Below, in pieces: positions 53,584 to 64,000 of a DNA stretch of 64,000 nucleotides. A program made the translations under genes and the position numbers. Source of the stretch: Gammaproteobacteria bacterium (GTDB lineage Bacteria > Pseudomonadota > Gammaproteobacteria > JAADHS01). The notes under the pieces were generated by a model. That model did no database searches. It saw only the letters and a list, made by a program, of their open reading frames with translations, and was not told the origin of the DNA. The stretch spans positions 818-64,817 of the forward strand of contig JAADHS010000202.1 in NCBI GenBank assembly GCA_013151745.1, given 5' to 3'. The first letter of the stretch is position 1. The number at the start of each line of letters is the position of its first letter.

Positions 53584-55092
53584 ATGGCAATCAAGATCAG
53601 CAGTCAAGAGTTTGCAACATTCAAAGCTCAGGGTTACAACCGTATCCCTATTGTGTTGGAAGTCTTGGCGGATTTAGAAACGCCGCTGAGCACTTTTATG
53701 AAGCTGGCTACGGGGCGACCATACAGTTATTTATTTGAGTCTGTTCAAGGCGGTGAAAAATGGGGGCGTTACTCGATTATCGGTTTGCCCTGTCGCACAG
53801 CCATCCGAGTGCATGCACAACATATTACAGTAGAGACGGACGGTCAAATTATTGAGCAAGTTGTAGCAAGCGATCCTTTGGACTGGGTGGAACAGTATGC
53901 GGCTCAATTCAGGGTTCCAGACGTGGTAAATCTGCCTCGCTTTGCCGGAGGCTTGGTCGGTTACTTTGGCTATGACACGGTACGATATATCGAGCCACGA
54001 CTCGGGGTTTGCCCTAATCCTGACCCCTTAGGCGCACCCGATATATTCCTGCTGGTTTCTGAAGAGCTGGTTATTTTCGATAACCTGGGGGGGAAGCTGC
54101 ATATTGTTGTGAATGTTGACCCGGCTATTGACCAAGCCTATGAGCAAGGTATTGTTCGATTGCATCAACTCAGCAGTGAACTGCGTCATCATGTGCTTGC
54201 GTATCCTGATAATACAAATGTTTCGCAAAAAATTAACGAAGAAGATTTTGTTTCTGGTTTTACTCAGGAACGTTATGAAGTGGCTGTTGAAAAGATTAAA
54301 GACTACATTCTTGCTGGGGATGCGATGCAGGTGGTGTTGTCACAACGGCTGACGATTCCTTACCAGGCACCCCCTCTTAGTTTGTATCGCGCGCTGCGTT
54401 GTTTAAACCCATCCCCTTATATGTTTTTCATGGACTTTGGCGAGTTTCAAGTTGTAGGTTCATCACCTGAAATTTTAGTACGACTGGAAAATGGTGACGT
54501 GTCAGTCAGGCCGCTAGCCGGTACACGACGCCGAGGTCAAACTGAAGAGGAAGATTTAGCTCTGGAAAAAGAACTGCTGGCAGATCCAAAAGAATTGGCA
54601 GAGCATTTGATGTTAATTGATTTAGGTCGCAATGATGCCGGGCGAGTGAGTGAAACGGGTTCCGTAATATTAACGGAAAAAATGGCAGTGGAGCGCTACT
54701 CCCACGTCATGCACATTGTCTCCAATGTGCAAGGTCGCCTCAAAAATGACATGAGTGCGATGGATGTTTTGCGTGCTACTTTTCCGGCAGGGACGGTATC
54801 CGGTGCACCTAAAGTTCGTGCTATGGAGATTATTGACGAGCTTGAGCCCGTAAAGCGAGGGGTGTATTCCGGAGCGGTGGGTTATCTGGGCTGGGGTGGC
54901 AATATGGATACCGCGATCGCCATACGGACTGCGGTGATCAAAAAAAATAAATTACATATCCAGGCGGGTGCGGGTATTGTTGCTGATTCTGTACCGCGTA
55001 ACGAATGGGACGAAACCATGAATAAAGCTCGTGCTATTTTTCGAGCAGTAGCGATGGCCGAGGCTGGCTTATCAACTGAAACTAAAGTGTAA
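53584..55092 (+). CDS. trpE: Anthranilate synthase component I
   Basis: [26 protein letters not shown] and the chorismate-binding fold; 502 aa. Confidence 0.95.
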   Translation: MAIKISSQEFATFKAQGYNRIPIVLEVLADLETPLSTFMKLATGRPYSYLFESVQGGEKWGRYSIIGLPCRTAIRVHAQHITVETDGQIIEQVVASDPLDWVEQYAAQFRVPDVVNLPRFAGGLVGYFGYDTVRYIEPRLGVCPNPDPLGAPDIFLLVSEELVIFDNLGGKLHIVVNVDPAIDQAYEQGIVRLHQLSSELRHHVLAYPDNTNVSQKINEEDFVSGFTQERYEVAVEKIKDYILAGDAMQVVLSQRLTIPYQAPPLSLYRALRCLNPSPYMFFMDFGEFQVVGSSPEILVRLENGDVSVRPLAGTRRRGQTEEEDLALEKELLADPKELAEHLMLIDLGRNDAGRVSETGSVILTEKMAVERYSHVMHIVSNVQGRLKNDMSAMDVLRATFPAGTVSGAPKVRAMEIIDELEPVKRGVYSGAVGYLGWGGNMDTAIAIRTAVIKKNKLHIQAGAGIVADSVPRNEWDETMNKARAIFRAVAMAEAGLSTETKV

Positions 55093-55098
55093 TTTGTC

Positions 55099-55686
55099 AT
55101 GTTGTTAATGATCGATAATTATGACTCTTTTACGTACAACCTGGTTCAGTATTTTGGTGAACTGGGTGCGGATGTTAGAGTCTATCGCAATGACCAGATT
55201 ACTGTGAATGAAATTGTACAATTGAATCCCGAGCAAATTGTGATTTCTCCTGGTCCTTGCACACCTGATGAGGCGGGTATTTCTGTTGCGACGATCCAGC
55301 ATTTTGCGGGCAAGTTGCCTATCCTCGGTGTTTGCTTAGGGCACCAGAGCATTGCTCAAGCTTTTGGAGCGCGTATTGTTCGGGCAAAACAAGTGATGCA
55401 TGGCAAAACCTCAGCCATTTTTCATAAAAATGGTGGTGTGTTTACCGATATCCCCAGTCCTTATGACGCGACACGCTACCACTCCCTGGTGATCGATGTC
55501 AGCAGCGTGCCTGATTCTTTGGAAATAACAGCATGGACTGAAAAAGAGGATGGGCAGAGGGATGAAATTATGGGGGTTAGACATAAAGAACTTGATATTG
55601 AGGGTGTGCAATTTCATCCTGAATCCATATTAACGGAACATGGACACCTTTTATTGAAAAACTTTTTATTGATGACGCGAGGATAA
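55099..55686 (+). CDS. trpG: Anthranilate synthase component II (glutamine amidotransferase)
   Basis: [19 protein letters not shown]...GVCLGHQS.. is a class-I GATase triad. Confidence 0.95.
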   Translation: MLLMIDNYDSFTYNLVQYFGELGADVRVYRNDQITVNEIVQLNPEQIVISPGPCTPDEAGISVATIQHFAGKLPILGVCLGHQSIAQAFGARIVRAKQVMHGKTSAIFHKNGGVFTDIPSPYDATRYHSLVIDVSSVPDSLEITAWTEKEDGQRDEIMGVRHKELDIEGVQFHPESILTEHGHLLLKNFLLMTRG

Positions 55687-55688
55687 CA

Positions 55689-56705
55689 ATGGAACTGTCG
55701 GCGGCAATAAGCAGGGTGATGGCGCACCAAGACTTAAGCGCTGCCGAGATGCAATCGGTGATGAGAACGATCATGAACGGGCAAGCAACCCCCGCTCAAA
55801 TCGGTGGTTTTTTGATTGGCTTGCGTATGAAAGGTGAGACGGTCGATGAAATTGCGGCCGCTGCTCAAGTCATGCGTGATCTGGCGGCACAGGTTAAAAT
55901 TGCCGCAACACCTTTACTTGATACCTGTGGAACCGGTGGGGATGCATCAGGATCATTCAATATTTCAACGGCCAGTGCCTTTGTTGTTGCTGCTGCCGGT
56001 GCGAAGGTTGCCAAACATGGCAATCGTTCTATATCGAGCAAATCAGGCAGTGCTGATGTACTTGAAGCGGCAGGGGTTAAGTTGGATTTGACGCCCGAAC
56101 AAGTGGCTGCTTGTGTTGAGCAATTGGGCGTGGGCTTCATGTTTGCACCGTTGCATCATAGCGCGATGAAACATGCCATCGGCCCACGCAAAGAAATGGG
56201 GGTGAGAACGCTGTTTAATGTGTTAGGCCCATTGACTAATCCGGCGGGTGCCCGCTGTCAGGTATTAGGTGTCTTTGCTAAAGAATGGTTGGAACCCTTA
56301 GCTGAAGTATTGGGTCAGTTAGGCAGTCAGCATGTTTTGGTTGTGCATTCAGAAGACGGTATGGATGAAATCAGTATTAATGCCGCAACGGATGTTGCAG
56401 AACTAAAAAATGGTGCTGTGATCACTTATAAAATAACACCCGAGCAATTTGGTATGCAGCGTGGCAGTCAGTCTGATCTTGCCGCGAGTGGTGCGCAAGA
56501 AAGTTTAGCTATTATCAATTCGGTTTTTGACAATAAAGCGGGTTCGGCTCGAGATATTGTGGCTTTGAATGCGGGTGCGGCGATCTATGTCGCGGGATTA
56601 GCGGAGACGATTGAACAGGGGGTGGAACAAGCTTTGGCGGTGCTGGCTGTGGGCGGTGCCAAGGGCAAGCTGCAAGCACTAATTGATTACACACAGAAAA
56701 TTTAA
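55689..56705 (+). CDS. trpD: Anthranilate phosphoribosyltransferase
   Basis: [38 protein letters not shown]; 338 aa. Confidence 0.95.
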   Translation: MELSAAISRVMAHQDLSAAEMQSVMRTIMNGQATPAQIGGFLIGLRMKGETVDEIAAAAQVMRDLAAQVKIAATPLLDTCGTGGDASGSFNISTASAFVVAAAGAKVAKHGNRSISSKSGSADVLEAAGVKLDLTPEQVAACVEQLGVGFMFAPLHHSAMKHAIGPRKEMGVRTLFNVLGPLTNPAGARCQVLGVFAKEWLEPLAEVLGQLGSQHVLVVHSEDGMDEISINAATDVAELKNGAVITYKITPEQFGMQRGSQSDLAASGAQESLAIINSVFDNKAGSARDIVALNAGAAIYVAGLAETIEQGVEQALAVLAVGGAKGKLQALIDYTQKI

Positions 56706-56726
56706 GTCAGAAGAAGAGCAGTAATA

Positions 56727-57521
56727 ATGTCTACACCTGATATTTTAATAAAAATTCTGACTAGAAAAAAAGAAGAAATTAAGCAAAGACGGGCTGAATG
56801 CTCCGTCAACACGTTACTGGCGCAGTGTAATGGTATGGATCACCCTCGAGGCTTTGTTCAGGCAATAAAAGCACGTATTGAAAAAAAACAGTCGGCAGTA
56901 ATTGCCGAGATTAAAAAAGCATCCCCGAGTAAAGGGGTGTTGCGAGCAGACTTTCAACCTGCTGCGATTGCACGCCGCTATGAGCAAGCCGGGGCAGCTT
57001 GTTTATCAGTGTTAACCGACGCTGATTTTTTCCAGGGTTGCGAAGATGACTTGAAAGCAGCCAGAGCCGCCTGTAGTTTACCGGTACTGCGTAAAGATTT
57101 TATTATTGATGACTATCAAGTTCATGAGGCTCGTGCTATTGGTGCCGATTGCATTTTGTTGATCGTCGCCGCACTTTCTGATGAACAGCTCTACTCCTTA
57201 TCTCAAACGGCACGACAACATGACTTGGATGTTTTGGTGGAAGTACATGATCGTGACGAATTGTTACGGGCATTAGCGTTAGAGCAGCCGTTAATCGGAA
57301 TTAATAATCGTAATCTGAGAACCTTTGATGTTTCTTTGCAAACTACGTTGGATATGTTAGTTGACATTCCAGATGAGACTCTCGTTGTGACAGAAAGTGG
57401 CATTTTTGCTGCCGCGGATGTCGCCTTGATGCATGAGCATGGGGTTCATGCCTTTCTCGTTGGCGAAGCCTTCATGAGAGTGCCCGATCCAGGTTTGGAA
57501 TTGCAGGCTTTATTCTTCTAA
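56727..57521 (+). CDS. trpC: Indole-3-glycerol-phosphate synthase
   Basis: [20 protein letters not shown]...[26 protein letters not shown]; 264 aa. Confidence 0.95.
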   Translation: MSTPDILIKILTRKKEEIKQRRAECSVNTLLAQCNGMDHPRGFVQAIKARIEKKQSAVIAEIKKASPSKGVLRADFQPAAIARRYEQAGAACLSVLTDADFFQGCEDDLKAARAACSLPVLRKDFIIDDYQVHEARAIGADCILLIVAALSDEQLYSLSQTARQHDLDVLVEVHDRDELLRALALEQPLIGINNRNLRTFDVSLQTTLDMLVDIPDETLVVTESGIFAAADVALMHEHGVHAFLVGEAFMRVPDPGLELQALFF

Positions 57522-57522
57522 A

Positions 57523-57553
57523 ACCGCTTTTAAAACAAAACGGTGATTTTTTC
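57523..57553 (+). terminator. Probable intrinsic terminator after trpC
   Basis: accgctttt-aaaac-aaaacggt is an imperfect stem followed by GATTTTTT. Confidence 0.4.
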
Positions 57554-57611
57554 CTGTCAAGTTGTAGGGTTATTATGTGTTGGCTCGTGGGGGTTAGCTG
57601 CGTTTTTTAGG

Positions 57612-58331
57612 TTAATTCGAATGAACCTGTATCCATTGTGCAATGGCTCGCATCTTTTCTGGATATTTTACCGGCATGATGTGTGCTGCCGGGGTGTTTA
57701 AGCATTTAGCTGACTGGAAAGCCTGTGATAGTTTATGCCCTCTTTTTTTCATAAAATCGATTTCTTTTTCTCCCAGGATATGTAGCGAGGGAAGAGACAA
57801 GCTATCTTTATAATAAGACTGAAACCGAACGTCTCTAGGTAAAAAACCGCCGCCTAACACGGCCCAGTTAAATTGAAAGTTCGATTTTCTTGCGGATAAC
57901 ATTTGACCAATTAATACTGTAGCCATCACCGCTCCCTGGCTCCAACCGATAATCCCGTCAACATGTCCCAATGATTCATCAAGTAAAGAAAGTTGCTCTA
58001 TACTCTGTTCAATATCCCGATACAGGGGAGGGGTGCTGTCCGTGCTTCTATACCAGCACCAATTCTCATTTTCGCCAATGCGTTCAGATGGTATTAAGTT
58101 GCCAAAACGTTGCGTTAATTTTTTGATGTCGCGACGAGTTACGACGATTGGAGCCTGAGGGTAGATGAACTCGATTTCCCCAGATAATTGCTGCTGAATA
58201 GGGTTTAGCCATTCCCGCAACCACTGAGGATTCATAGCATAGCCATGAAGGCAGAGCACATATTTAGGATTATTCACGTCATAAAAATACTGTAATTGTA
58301 GTTTACATTGATGAGCTACCAATCCCACCAT
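57612..58331 (-). CDS. Alpha/beta-fold serine hydrolase (FSH1/OVCA2-like family)
   Basis: Nucleophile elbow GWSQGA, and the N-terminal VLCLHGYAMN is typical of FSH1-type esterases; 239 aa. Confidence 0.5.
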   Translation of the reverse strand: MVGLVAHQCKLQLQYFYDVNNPKYVLCLHGYAMNPQWLREWLNPIQQQLSGEIEFIYPQAPIVVTRRDIKKLTQRFGNLIPSERIGENENWCWYRSTDSTPPLYRDIEQSIEQLSLLDESLGHVDGIIGWSQGAVMATVLIGQMLSARKSNFQFNWAVLGGGFLPRDVRFQSYYKDSLSLPSLHILGEKEIDFMKKRGHKLSQAFQSAKCLNTPAAHIMPVKYPEKMRAIAQWIQVHSN

Positions 58332-58494
58332 TGTCGTATTATTGAAGTTGGTGTTTCTGCAGTGAAAAGAAGGCGAATGATGGATTATTTAACGGAAAAA
58401 CAACGTTTCCGTACCCTTAAATTGTACTGCATGACCTTTGTCATCCCGCTTGGAAAATAAGCGGTGGTTTTCAGCTATATGGGTATGCTTAGGT

Positions 58495-58712
58495 ATGGGC
58501 ACGTAATAACTTTCCGTTTTGAAATTTCATCTTCAGCTCGTCTTTGTCTGTTCTTCAATTTCAAAACCTCGAAATAAGAGCGATCATTTCTGCACTTTGC
58601 TCAAAGCTTCCACGTCCTGCTCACGCATCTTACCTACATCCCTGTAGGCAATCAGAACGAACAAATACATGTTAAATCTGAACCCTAAAACGGGAAGTTA
58701 TTACGTGCCCAT
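58495..58712. mobile_element. Second MITE-like element (218 bp), 26-bp terminal inverted repeats with one mismatch
   Basis: atgggcacgtaataactttccgtttt ... aaaacgggaagttattacgtgcccat. It has no ORF and fills the intergenic space between the hydrolase gene start and the DUF533 gene stop. Confidence 0.6.
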
Positions 58713-58715
58713 TCC

Positions 58716-59405
58716 TTAATTATACAATTGTAGAGCACCCAGCTTTTCATGAATTTGGTTGCTGACTTGGGGTGAAATATTCAAGCCTTTGGCTAATTGA
58801 TCCAAATATTGCGCTTCTTCTTTAGAATCCAGATTAATCACAAGTAATGACATCAAATAAGCTTGTTCTTCCATGCCTTTAGGAATGCTCTTGATCAATC
58901 CTTGTGTATCCAGCGGTGCTTGTAGTTCCTGACGAACGAAATTGGCTTCCTCTTCAGAAATATCGTCAAGGTGCTCCGTAATTTTACGTTTTTCTTCATC
59001 GTCAAGGTGACCATCCGCTTTTGCTGCATGAATCATGGCGCGAAGTATAATCTCTGCCTTTTTTTCATCGTCCTCAGAAGCTTGAGCTTCTTTACCTTGT
59101 AGCGCATCGTTAAACAAGTTGCCAAAGTCGTTTTTGGAGCGACTTTCATTGTTTGCATTATTGTTATTTTGTGTATCGCCACTAAATGAATTCAGTATGC
59201 TACCTAGGCCACCTCCCCCTCCTTTTCCAGATAAGCCTTTTAATAAATTGCCTATGCCGCCACTGTTGGAATTATTGCCGCCCATCAAGCCGCTGATCAA
59301 TCCACCCAGGCCGCTTCCACCACGGCGTCTGCCTGTTATTTTTTCTACACCTTTAGCAACAATAATACCCATTGCAACTTTTCCTAATGTCCTCACCAAG
59401 CTCAT
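58716..59405 (-). CDS. DUF533/TerB-like domain protein (YebE family), Gly-rich N-terminal half
   Basis: LRAMIHAAKADGHLDDEEKRKITEHL...ELQAPLD closely resembles the conserved core of E. coli YebE. The N-terminus is G/S/N low-complexity. Confidence 0.55.
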   Translation of the reverse strand: MSLVRTLGKVAMGIIVAKGVEKITGRRRGGSGLGGLISGLMGGNNSNSGGIGNLLKGLSGKGGGGGLGSILNSFSGDTQNNNNANNESRSKNDFGNLFNDALQGKEAQASEDDEKKAEIILRAMIHAAKADGHLDDEEKRKITEHLDDISEEEANFVRQELQAPLDTQGLIKSIPKGMEEQAYLMSLLVINLDSKEEAQYLDQLAKGLNISPQVSNQIHEKLGALQLYN

Positions 59406-59746
59406 CTAATTTACTCCTTTACATCTAAATTTAAGTCACCACAGGCACACAAGCATATACTAAGCTTTATGTTATCTTATATGGCAATATATGGATAGAG
59501 TATTAAATTTGAGAAATCGTCATCGACAATAGCTCACGCTCATTAATTGAGTCGGTTATTAACGGCGGTCAAAAACCTATCACAAAGCTATGATATTATT
59601 GTTTGTTAGGTTTCTTGATCGTAGTGTCCGCTAGGTGCGAAGATATAAATGTTAAGTGCCATCAAGTTTTTAAATAGTATCAGCCCAATCATAAGCGGTT
59701 CAAAAATTTTTCAACAACCAGTATCAGGTAAAAACAGGTAGGAAAC

Positions 59747-61570
59747 ATGAAAAAATCTGCGCTCATCAGCATTATAGGCATTATTATTTTTGCGGCTGTG
59801 GCCGGCAATTATTACCTCAATCAAAAAAAACCGACCATGGCTGAACAACCGGGAACACCTTTAATTCCAGAGCAAAAACAATTGCCTATGCCAAGTAGTC
59901 TGAGCTACGTACCGCAAGACACCTTTGCTTTTGCTGGCGGACTTGAGCTTTATAGTGTCGATGATCTGGTGACGATGCTAAAGTCGCAACAAAGCAATAT
60001 GTCCGACCTCACCTACGAAAAACTTCAAAAAGAAATACTTAACGATGAAGACACTCCTGTTGGATTCAAAATGCCCATGTTTACCCTGTTTGAATTAAGC
60101 TCCAGCGTAGAAAAGGATCCAAAAGCATTAGTAACACGGCTTGGGCTCTCTGATAAAGTAGACAGTGCAATTTATACCGTAGGCATGCTACCTGTTTTTC
60201 GCTTGAAAATTGAAAACACCGATAATTTCAACGCATTCATACAAGATATCGAAAAGAAAAATAATATTTTGGGTGTTGAGAAGAGCTTCGAAAAAGTGAG
60301 CTACCGCAGCTATACCTTCGACATTCCAGGTACAAAAAAACCAAGCGAAATAAGTTTCATCATCGCCGTACACGATAATTATGCTATTTTTTCAATAGAA
60401 ACACCGTTTGAGCGTGAGCATTACCTCTCTCTCGTTCTCGGTATAGACAAACCAAAAAAAGCTCTGTCAGATTCGTCATTGTTGAGCAACATCAGTACCC
60501 AATACAAACTGCACCCAGCCTATCTCGCTTTTTTTAATCACGTCGTGCTCACTAAGGCCGTGACCAACAGCTCACAGAATGATTTCGGAAAAATGTTGAA
60601 TGAGTTCATCGACCAGGACGGGGAGCACTTTCAAAATAAAGGCTTTGCGAATATTCGTACACCGGCTTGTCAAAAAGAACTGGTAGACATGGCGAAAAAT
60701 TGGCCTAGAACAGTGATGGGGTATACGAAAATTAGTCTGGATACTACCCCTCTACAAATGGATTCCCGAGTCCTTTTCGAAAGCAACAATAAAGACATGT
60801 TGGAACAATTACGCAGTTTACGTGGTTTCATTCCTGTGGTTTTGAATGACGCCCCATCAAGAGCACTACTAAGCCTGGCTCTAGGTTTGAATGTTGATGC
60901 GTTGCTTCCCTTTATTAAAAAAATCACCGCAGATATCACGGCAACTCCTTACTCTTGTGAACCGCTTAAAAAAATGCAATTGGCCATCTCTGAAAACCCG
61001 CAAAGTCCAGCTATTGCCATGGCCTCAATGATGCTTTCGGGCGTTAAAGGCTTGTCAATTTCATTGCTCGACATCGATTTTACCGCAAATGACACAGGCG
61101 AAAAGCCCGAGATAAAGTCGCTTGATGCCTTGATCACCTTGTCCACGAATGACCCATCTGGATTATTAGATAAAGCATTGGCCATGGCGCCAGCGCCATA
61201 TGATACGCTACAAGTGGCTGCCGATGGTCAAGCTATAGATTTTCCTATACCGATGCAACTTCCTTCCGAGCTGCAAACTAAAATCGCCATCAAAGGTCAA
61301 CATATTGTCATTTACATAGGGGGGGACGGAGAAAAAGCAGCAAACCAACTGTCCACAGAAGCCTTATCTGAAAATGGACTGTTTGCATTCAATATAGGCT
61401 ATGAAAAATACAGCCGAATCCTTAAAAAGGCAATGAACATACTAGAAGACATGGACGAAGAAAAAGCGGAAATATTTCAGTCTATGGATAGTTTTAATGC
61501 GGATATGAATTTTTTGATTGACGTAAACCAGTATGGGCTGGTTATTGATACTCAGCTAACTATTCATTAA
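59747..61570 (+). CDS. Hypothetical membrane-anchored or secreted protein (607 aa), no family recognised
   Basis: The N-terminal helix MKKSALISIIGIIIFAAVAGNYY is followed by a Pro-rich linker; the rest is hydrophilic. Codon usage is consistent, and it lies divergent to the DUF533 gene. Confidence 0.5.
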   Translation: MKKSALISIIGIIIFAAVAGNYYLNQKKPTMAEQPGTPLIPEQKQLPMPSSLSYVPQDTFAFAGGLELYSVDDLVTMLKSQQSNMSDLTYEKLQKEILNDEDTPVGFKMPMFTLFELSSSVEKDPKALVTRLGLSDKVDSAIYTVGMLPVFRLKIENTDNFNAFIQDIEKKNNILGVEKSFEKVSYRSYTFDIPGTKKPSEISFIIAVHDNYAIFSIETPFEREHYLSLVLGIDKPKKALSDSSLLSNISTQYKLHPAYLAFFNHVVLTKAVTNSSQNDFGKMLNEFIDQDGEHFQNKGFANIRTPACQKELVDMAKNWPRTVMGYTKISLDTTPLQMDSRVLFESNNKDMLEQLRSLRGFIPVVLNDAPSRALLSLALGLNVDALLPFIKKITADITATPYSCEPLKKMQLAISENPQSPAIAMASMMLSGVKGLSISLLDIDFTANDTGEKPEIKSLDALITLSTNDPSGLLDKALAMAPAPYDTLQVAADGQAIDFPIPMQLPSELQTKIAIKGQHIVIYIGGDGEKAANQLSTEALSENGLFAFNIGYEKYSRILKKAMNILEDMDEEKAEIFQSMDSFNADMNFLIDVNQYGLVIDTQLTIH

Positions 61571-61785
61571 AATCGATTTAAAAAATCGTCAGTTGTTCAA
61601 GTACGTGACGATCATAAGCAACCGGTCATCCGAAAATGTTGATCTGAAATAGAACAACCGGAGAAGGCGCCCAAGCCCTCTCCGTTTAACTGACGTCGTA
61701 CTTCAATCCAACAGGGGGGCGGTTCGCTTTAGCATAAGCTTGTATATGCACCGGATGAGTCATCATTCTTTTTCAGAAATGCGCT

Positions 61786-63045
61786 CTACTCAATATCGGC
61801 ATCGGGTAGACACTGCTCAAGAGCAAATAAATCCGTGACCGTTTCACGTTGCCGGATTTCATAGACCTGCTTACCGTCAACCAGAACCTCAGCGGCACGG
61901 GGTCGTGTGTTGTAATTTGAGCTCATCGTAAACCCATAGGCACCCGAAGAACGAATCGCCAAATAATCACCTTGTACTACGGCCAAATTTCTCTGTTTAC
62001 CAAGAAAATCACCTGTTTCACATACCGGCCCAACAACATCATACGTTTCCATTGCGATATCACGCCGTTGTAAAGGCACTATCTCCTGCCACGCTGAGTA
62101 TAAGGCGGGTCGTAATAAATCATTCATCGCGGCATCAACAATCGCAAATTTTCTGTCCTGGCCTGTTTTCAGGTATTCTATTTTAGTTAGTAGCACCCCT
62201 GCATTGCCAACGATCGCTCGCCCAGGTTCGATCAATAATTTATATTTACGGTCTCCTAAAATTCGATCAATCGCACGACTATAGTCTTGTGGTTGCGGTG
62301 GAGATTCATCCTGGTAACGAATACCTAAACCGCCTCCGAGATCAACATGATTTAAACTGATTCCCCGCAACTCTAATTCATCCAGCAAGGTCAACAATCG
62401 CTCTAATGCGGCTACAAAAGGCGCCGTATCGGTCAGCTGAGAACCAATATGACAGTCTACACCGAGGACTTCTATATGGGGCAAATTTGCCGCATGCTCG
62501 TATACTTCAATCGCATGATTAATATCAATGCCAAATTTATTTTCTTTCAAGCCCGTGGCAATATAAGGATGTGTTTTTGCATCGACATCGGGGTTAACAC
62601 GCAATGAAACCGGCGCACTCACTCCCAGCTCTTTAGCAACATCATTAACGACTTCAAGTTCTCCGTCAGACTCTACGTTAAAGCAGTAGATGTTTAATTC
62701 CAGAGCGCGCTTGATTTCATCACGTCGCTTACCTACACCGGAAAAAACTACCTTGGCCGGGTCCCCCCCCGCTGCTAGCACTCTTTCTAATTCACCAACA
62801 GAAACAATATCAAAACCGGAACCCAGGCGCGCTAATAAGTTTAGTATGGCAATGTTCGAATTTGCTTTTACTGCGTAGCATACCAAATGGTCTCGACCTG
62901 CCAAGGCATCATTAAAAGCATGCCAATGCCGTTCTAATGTCGCGCGCGAATAAACATAGGTGGGTGTGCCATACTTTTTGACTATTGTCGCCAGGTCAAT
63001 TTCTTCCGCAAACAAATGACCATTATGATATAAAAAGTGATCCAT
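61786..63045 (-). CDS. lysA: Diaminopimelate decarboxylase
   Basis: YGTPTYVYSRATLERHWHAF...CYAVKANSNIAILNLLARLGSGFDIVSVGEL... is a PLP fold-III decarboxylase; 419 aa. Confidence 0.95.
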   Translation of the reverse strand: MDHFLYHNGHLFAEEIDLATIVKKYGTPTYVYSRATLERHWHAFNDALAGRDHLVCYAVKANSNIAILNLLARLGSGFDIVSVGELERVLAAGGDPAKVVFSGVGKRRDEIKRALELNIYCFNVESDGELEVVNDVAKELGVSAPVSLRVNPDVDAKTHPYIATGLKENKFGIDINHAIEVYEHAANLPHIEVLGVDCHIGSQLTDTAPFVAALERLLTLLDELELRGISLNHVDLGGGLGIRYQDESPPQPQDYSRAIDRILGDRKYKLLIEPGRAIVGNAGVLLTKIEYLKTGQDRKFAIVDAAMNDLLRPALYSAWQEIVPLQRRDIAMETYDVVGPVCETGDFLGKQRNLAVVQGDYLAIRSSGAYGFTMSSNYNTRPRAAEVLVDGKQVYEIRQRETVTDLFALEQCLPDADIE

Positions 63046-63065
63046 ATTATTCCAAGTTTTATATA

Positions 63066-63209
63066 TTATATAGTGACTTGATTTTCAGTAATACTTTGCT
63101 CTTCATCATCTTCAGGCAAGTACAAAGGGCCTTTTTGACCGCAGGCTTGCAGAGATAAAACCAGAATCAGCATACCGATAAATCCAGGTTTAGATTGTGT
63201 TAGTAACAT
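63066..63209 (-). CDS. lptM: LPS-assembly lipoprotein LptM (YifL); not in the ORF track
   Basis: MLLTQSKPGFIGMLILVLSLQACGQKGPLYLPEDDEEQSITENQVTI. The lipobox LQAC plus the conserved GQKGPLYLP motif match LptM, and lptM immediately upstream of lysA is conserved synteny. Confidence 0.75.
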   Translation of the reverse strand: MLLTQSKPGFIGMLILVLSLQACGQKGPLYLPEDDEEQSITENQVTI

Positions 63210-63431
63210 GAGTTGTTATCACTTAAAAACGTGAACGGAATCACTTTTGCGTTGCTTATTTCATCAATTGAAACGGAAGTGATCCCCTCCCTTTAAATTT
63301 AAAATTATCAACAAATCTTCGTTTATTTTACCATGAAGAAACAGCAGGATGATATTGCTGGATTATACAAAAATAAATGGAAAATTGACCTTAGTTCCTC
63401 TACACTCTGTAAGGGTTGGGTAAGAGGGCGT

Positions 63432-63686
63432 ATCATGATGCCAAGCAAAGACGAGATCAACGCGGCTCTTGACCGCATCATCGACCCAGAACTGGGGCGT
63501 GGATTAGTACAACTGGGACTTGTCCATAGCGTCGAAATCGACGATAACATAGTGTATGTTGATCTACAACTTACCAGTTCGGCGTGCCCATTTTAAAAAC
63601 AGTTTATTGCTCAGGTTAAACGCCATGTAGGCTTACTTTCTGGTGTTGATAATGTTGAAGTTGAACTGGTATGGCCACGTCTCTGA
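63432..63686 (+). pseudogene. DUF59/MIP18-family (SufT-like) Fe-S cluster assembly protein interrupted by an in-frame TAA (63594-63596)
   Basis: AAGAGGG Shine-Dalgarno. The N-terminal part reads MMPSKDEINAALDRIIDPELGRGLVQLGLVHSVEIDDNIVYVDLQLTSSACPF, then the TAA, then the same frame continues KQFIAQVKRHVGLLSGVDNVEVELVWPRL* (63597-63686). Both parts are colinear with DUF59 (...LT.P.CPxxxxIxxxVxxxL...V.V.LVW.P). Confidence 0.6.
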
Positions 63687-64000
63687 CATCGACTATAAAT
63701 TCCTAAGTTACAGGCTATTTATTGAAATATTTTGATCATACTCTTTGGCTTTTCAGGCTTATTTTATAGTTAAAAAAGAGGCTTGATTGTAGATATCGAC
63801 TATTAGCGTTATTATGACTTAGGGATGGTACACAATAACTTGTACATATGGCACCCGGATTTAGTTTGCGTTGGCTCGTCCTGACTGAGAAAAAGTGCAG
63901 GAATAGTCGTTCTTATTTCGAGCTTTTGTGAAGAAAGAACGTGACAACGCGGGCTGCAAGATGTATAAATTATTGTGTGCCATCCCTTAAACTTACCGCC

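Noticed and set aside
58381-58470. 26-aa ORF (MDYLTEKQRFRTLKLYCMTFVIPLGK) followed by a hairpin ccgcttggaaaataagcgg plus TGGTTTT, as a possible leader peptide or attenuator
   Set aside because: It has a weak Shine-Dalgarno, there is no downstream plus-strand gene to regulate, and both neighbouring genes are on the minus strand.

Overview
This window reads as a core region of a gammaproteobacterial chromosome of moderate GC, with about 60 protein genes, most of them housekeeping genes that can be named from their translations. The main blocks are: the 5' three-quarters of gltB (glutamate synthase large subunit), running off the window start; a split AdoCbl class-II ribonucleotide reductase (nrdJa/nrdJb) with a candidate NrdR box; a five-gene minus-strand block srkA-gor-gammaCA-FAD oxidoreductase-trmH; prlC and ubiD; an unusual YbaK-like/HDOD fusion gene bracketed by two copies of a CTAG-ended MITE; comM, ubiK and glnK-amtB; the conserved lolB-ispE-tRNA(Gln)-prs-rplY-pth-ychF block, read divergently from a TPR lipoprotein gene and hemA-prfA-prmC; yajD, an ABC-F ATPase, algW/degS and nif3; a complete seven-gene alternative complex III operon (actA-B1-B2-C-D-E-F) with ActB split into two ORFs; an orphan ParA-like ATPase; rpe-gph-trpEGDC; and lptM-lysA. 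Two tRNAs are present (tRNA-Met CAU and tRNA-Gln UUG). The non-coding highlights are a three-copy MITE family whose ends and flanks fit IS630-like TA duplication inside CTAG (one copy carries a nested second element), two further inverted-repeat elements, and several stem-loops and terminators. One DUF59 gene carries an in-frame TAA. I found no CRISPR array, rRNA, transposase, integrase or recognisable defence or toxin system. The most unusual items are the MITE-flanked YbaK-HDOD fusion, the MITE contributing the terminal codons of comM, the split-ActB alternative complex III locus with the neighbouring orphan ParA, and a small cluster of unannotated small membrane and secreted proteins.
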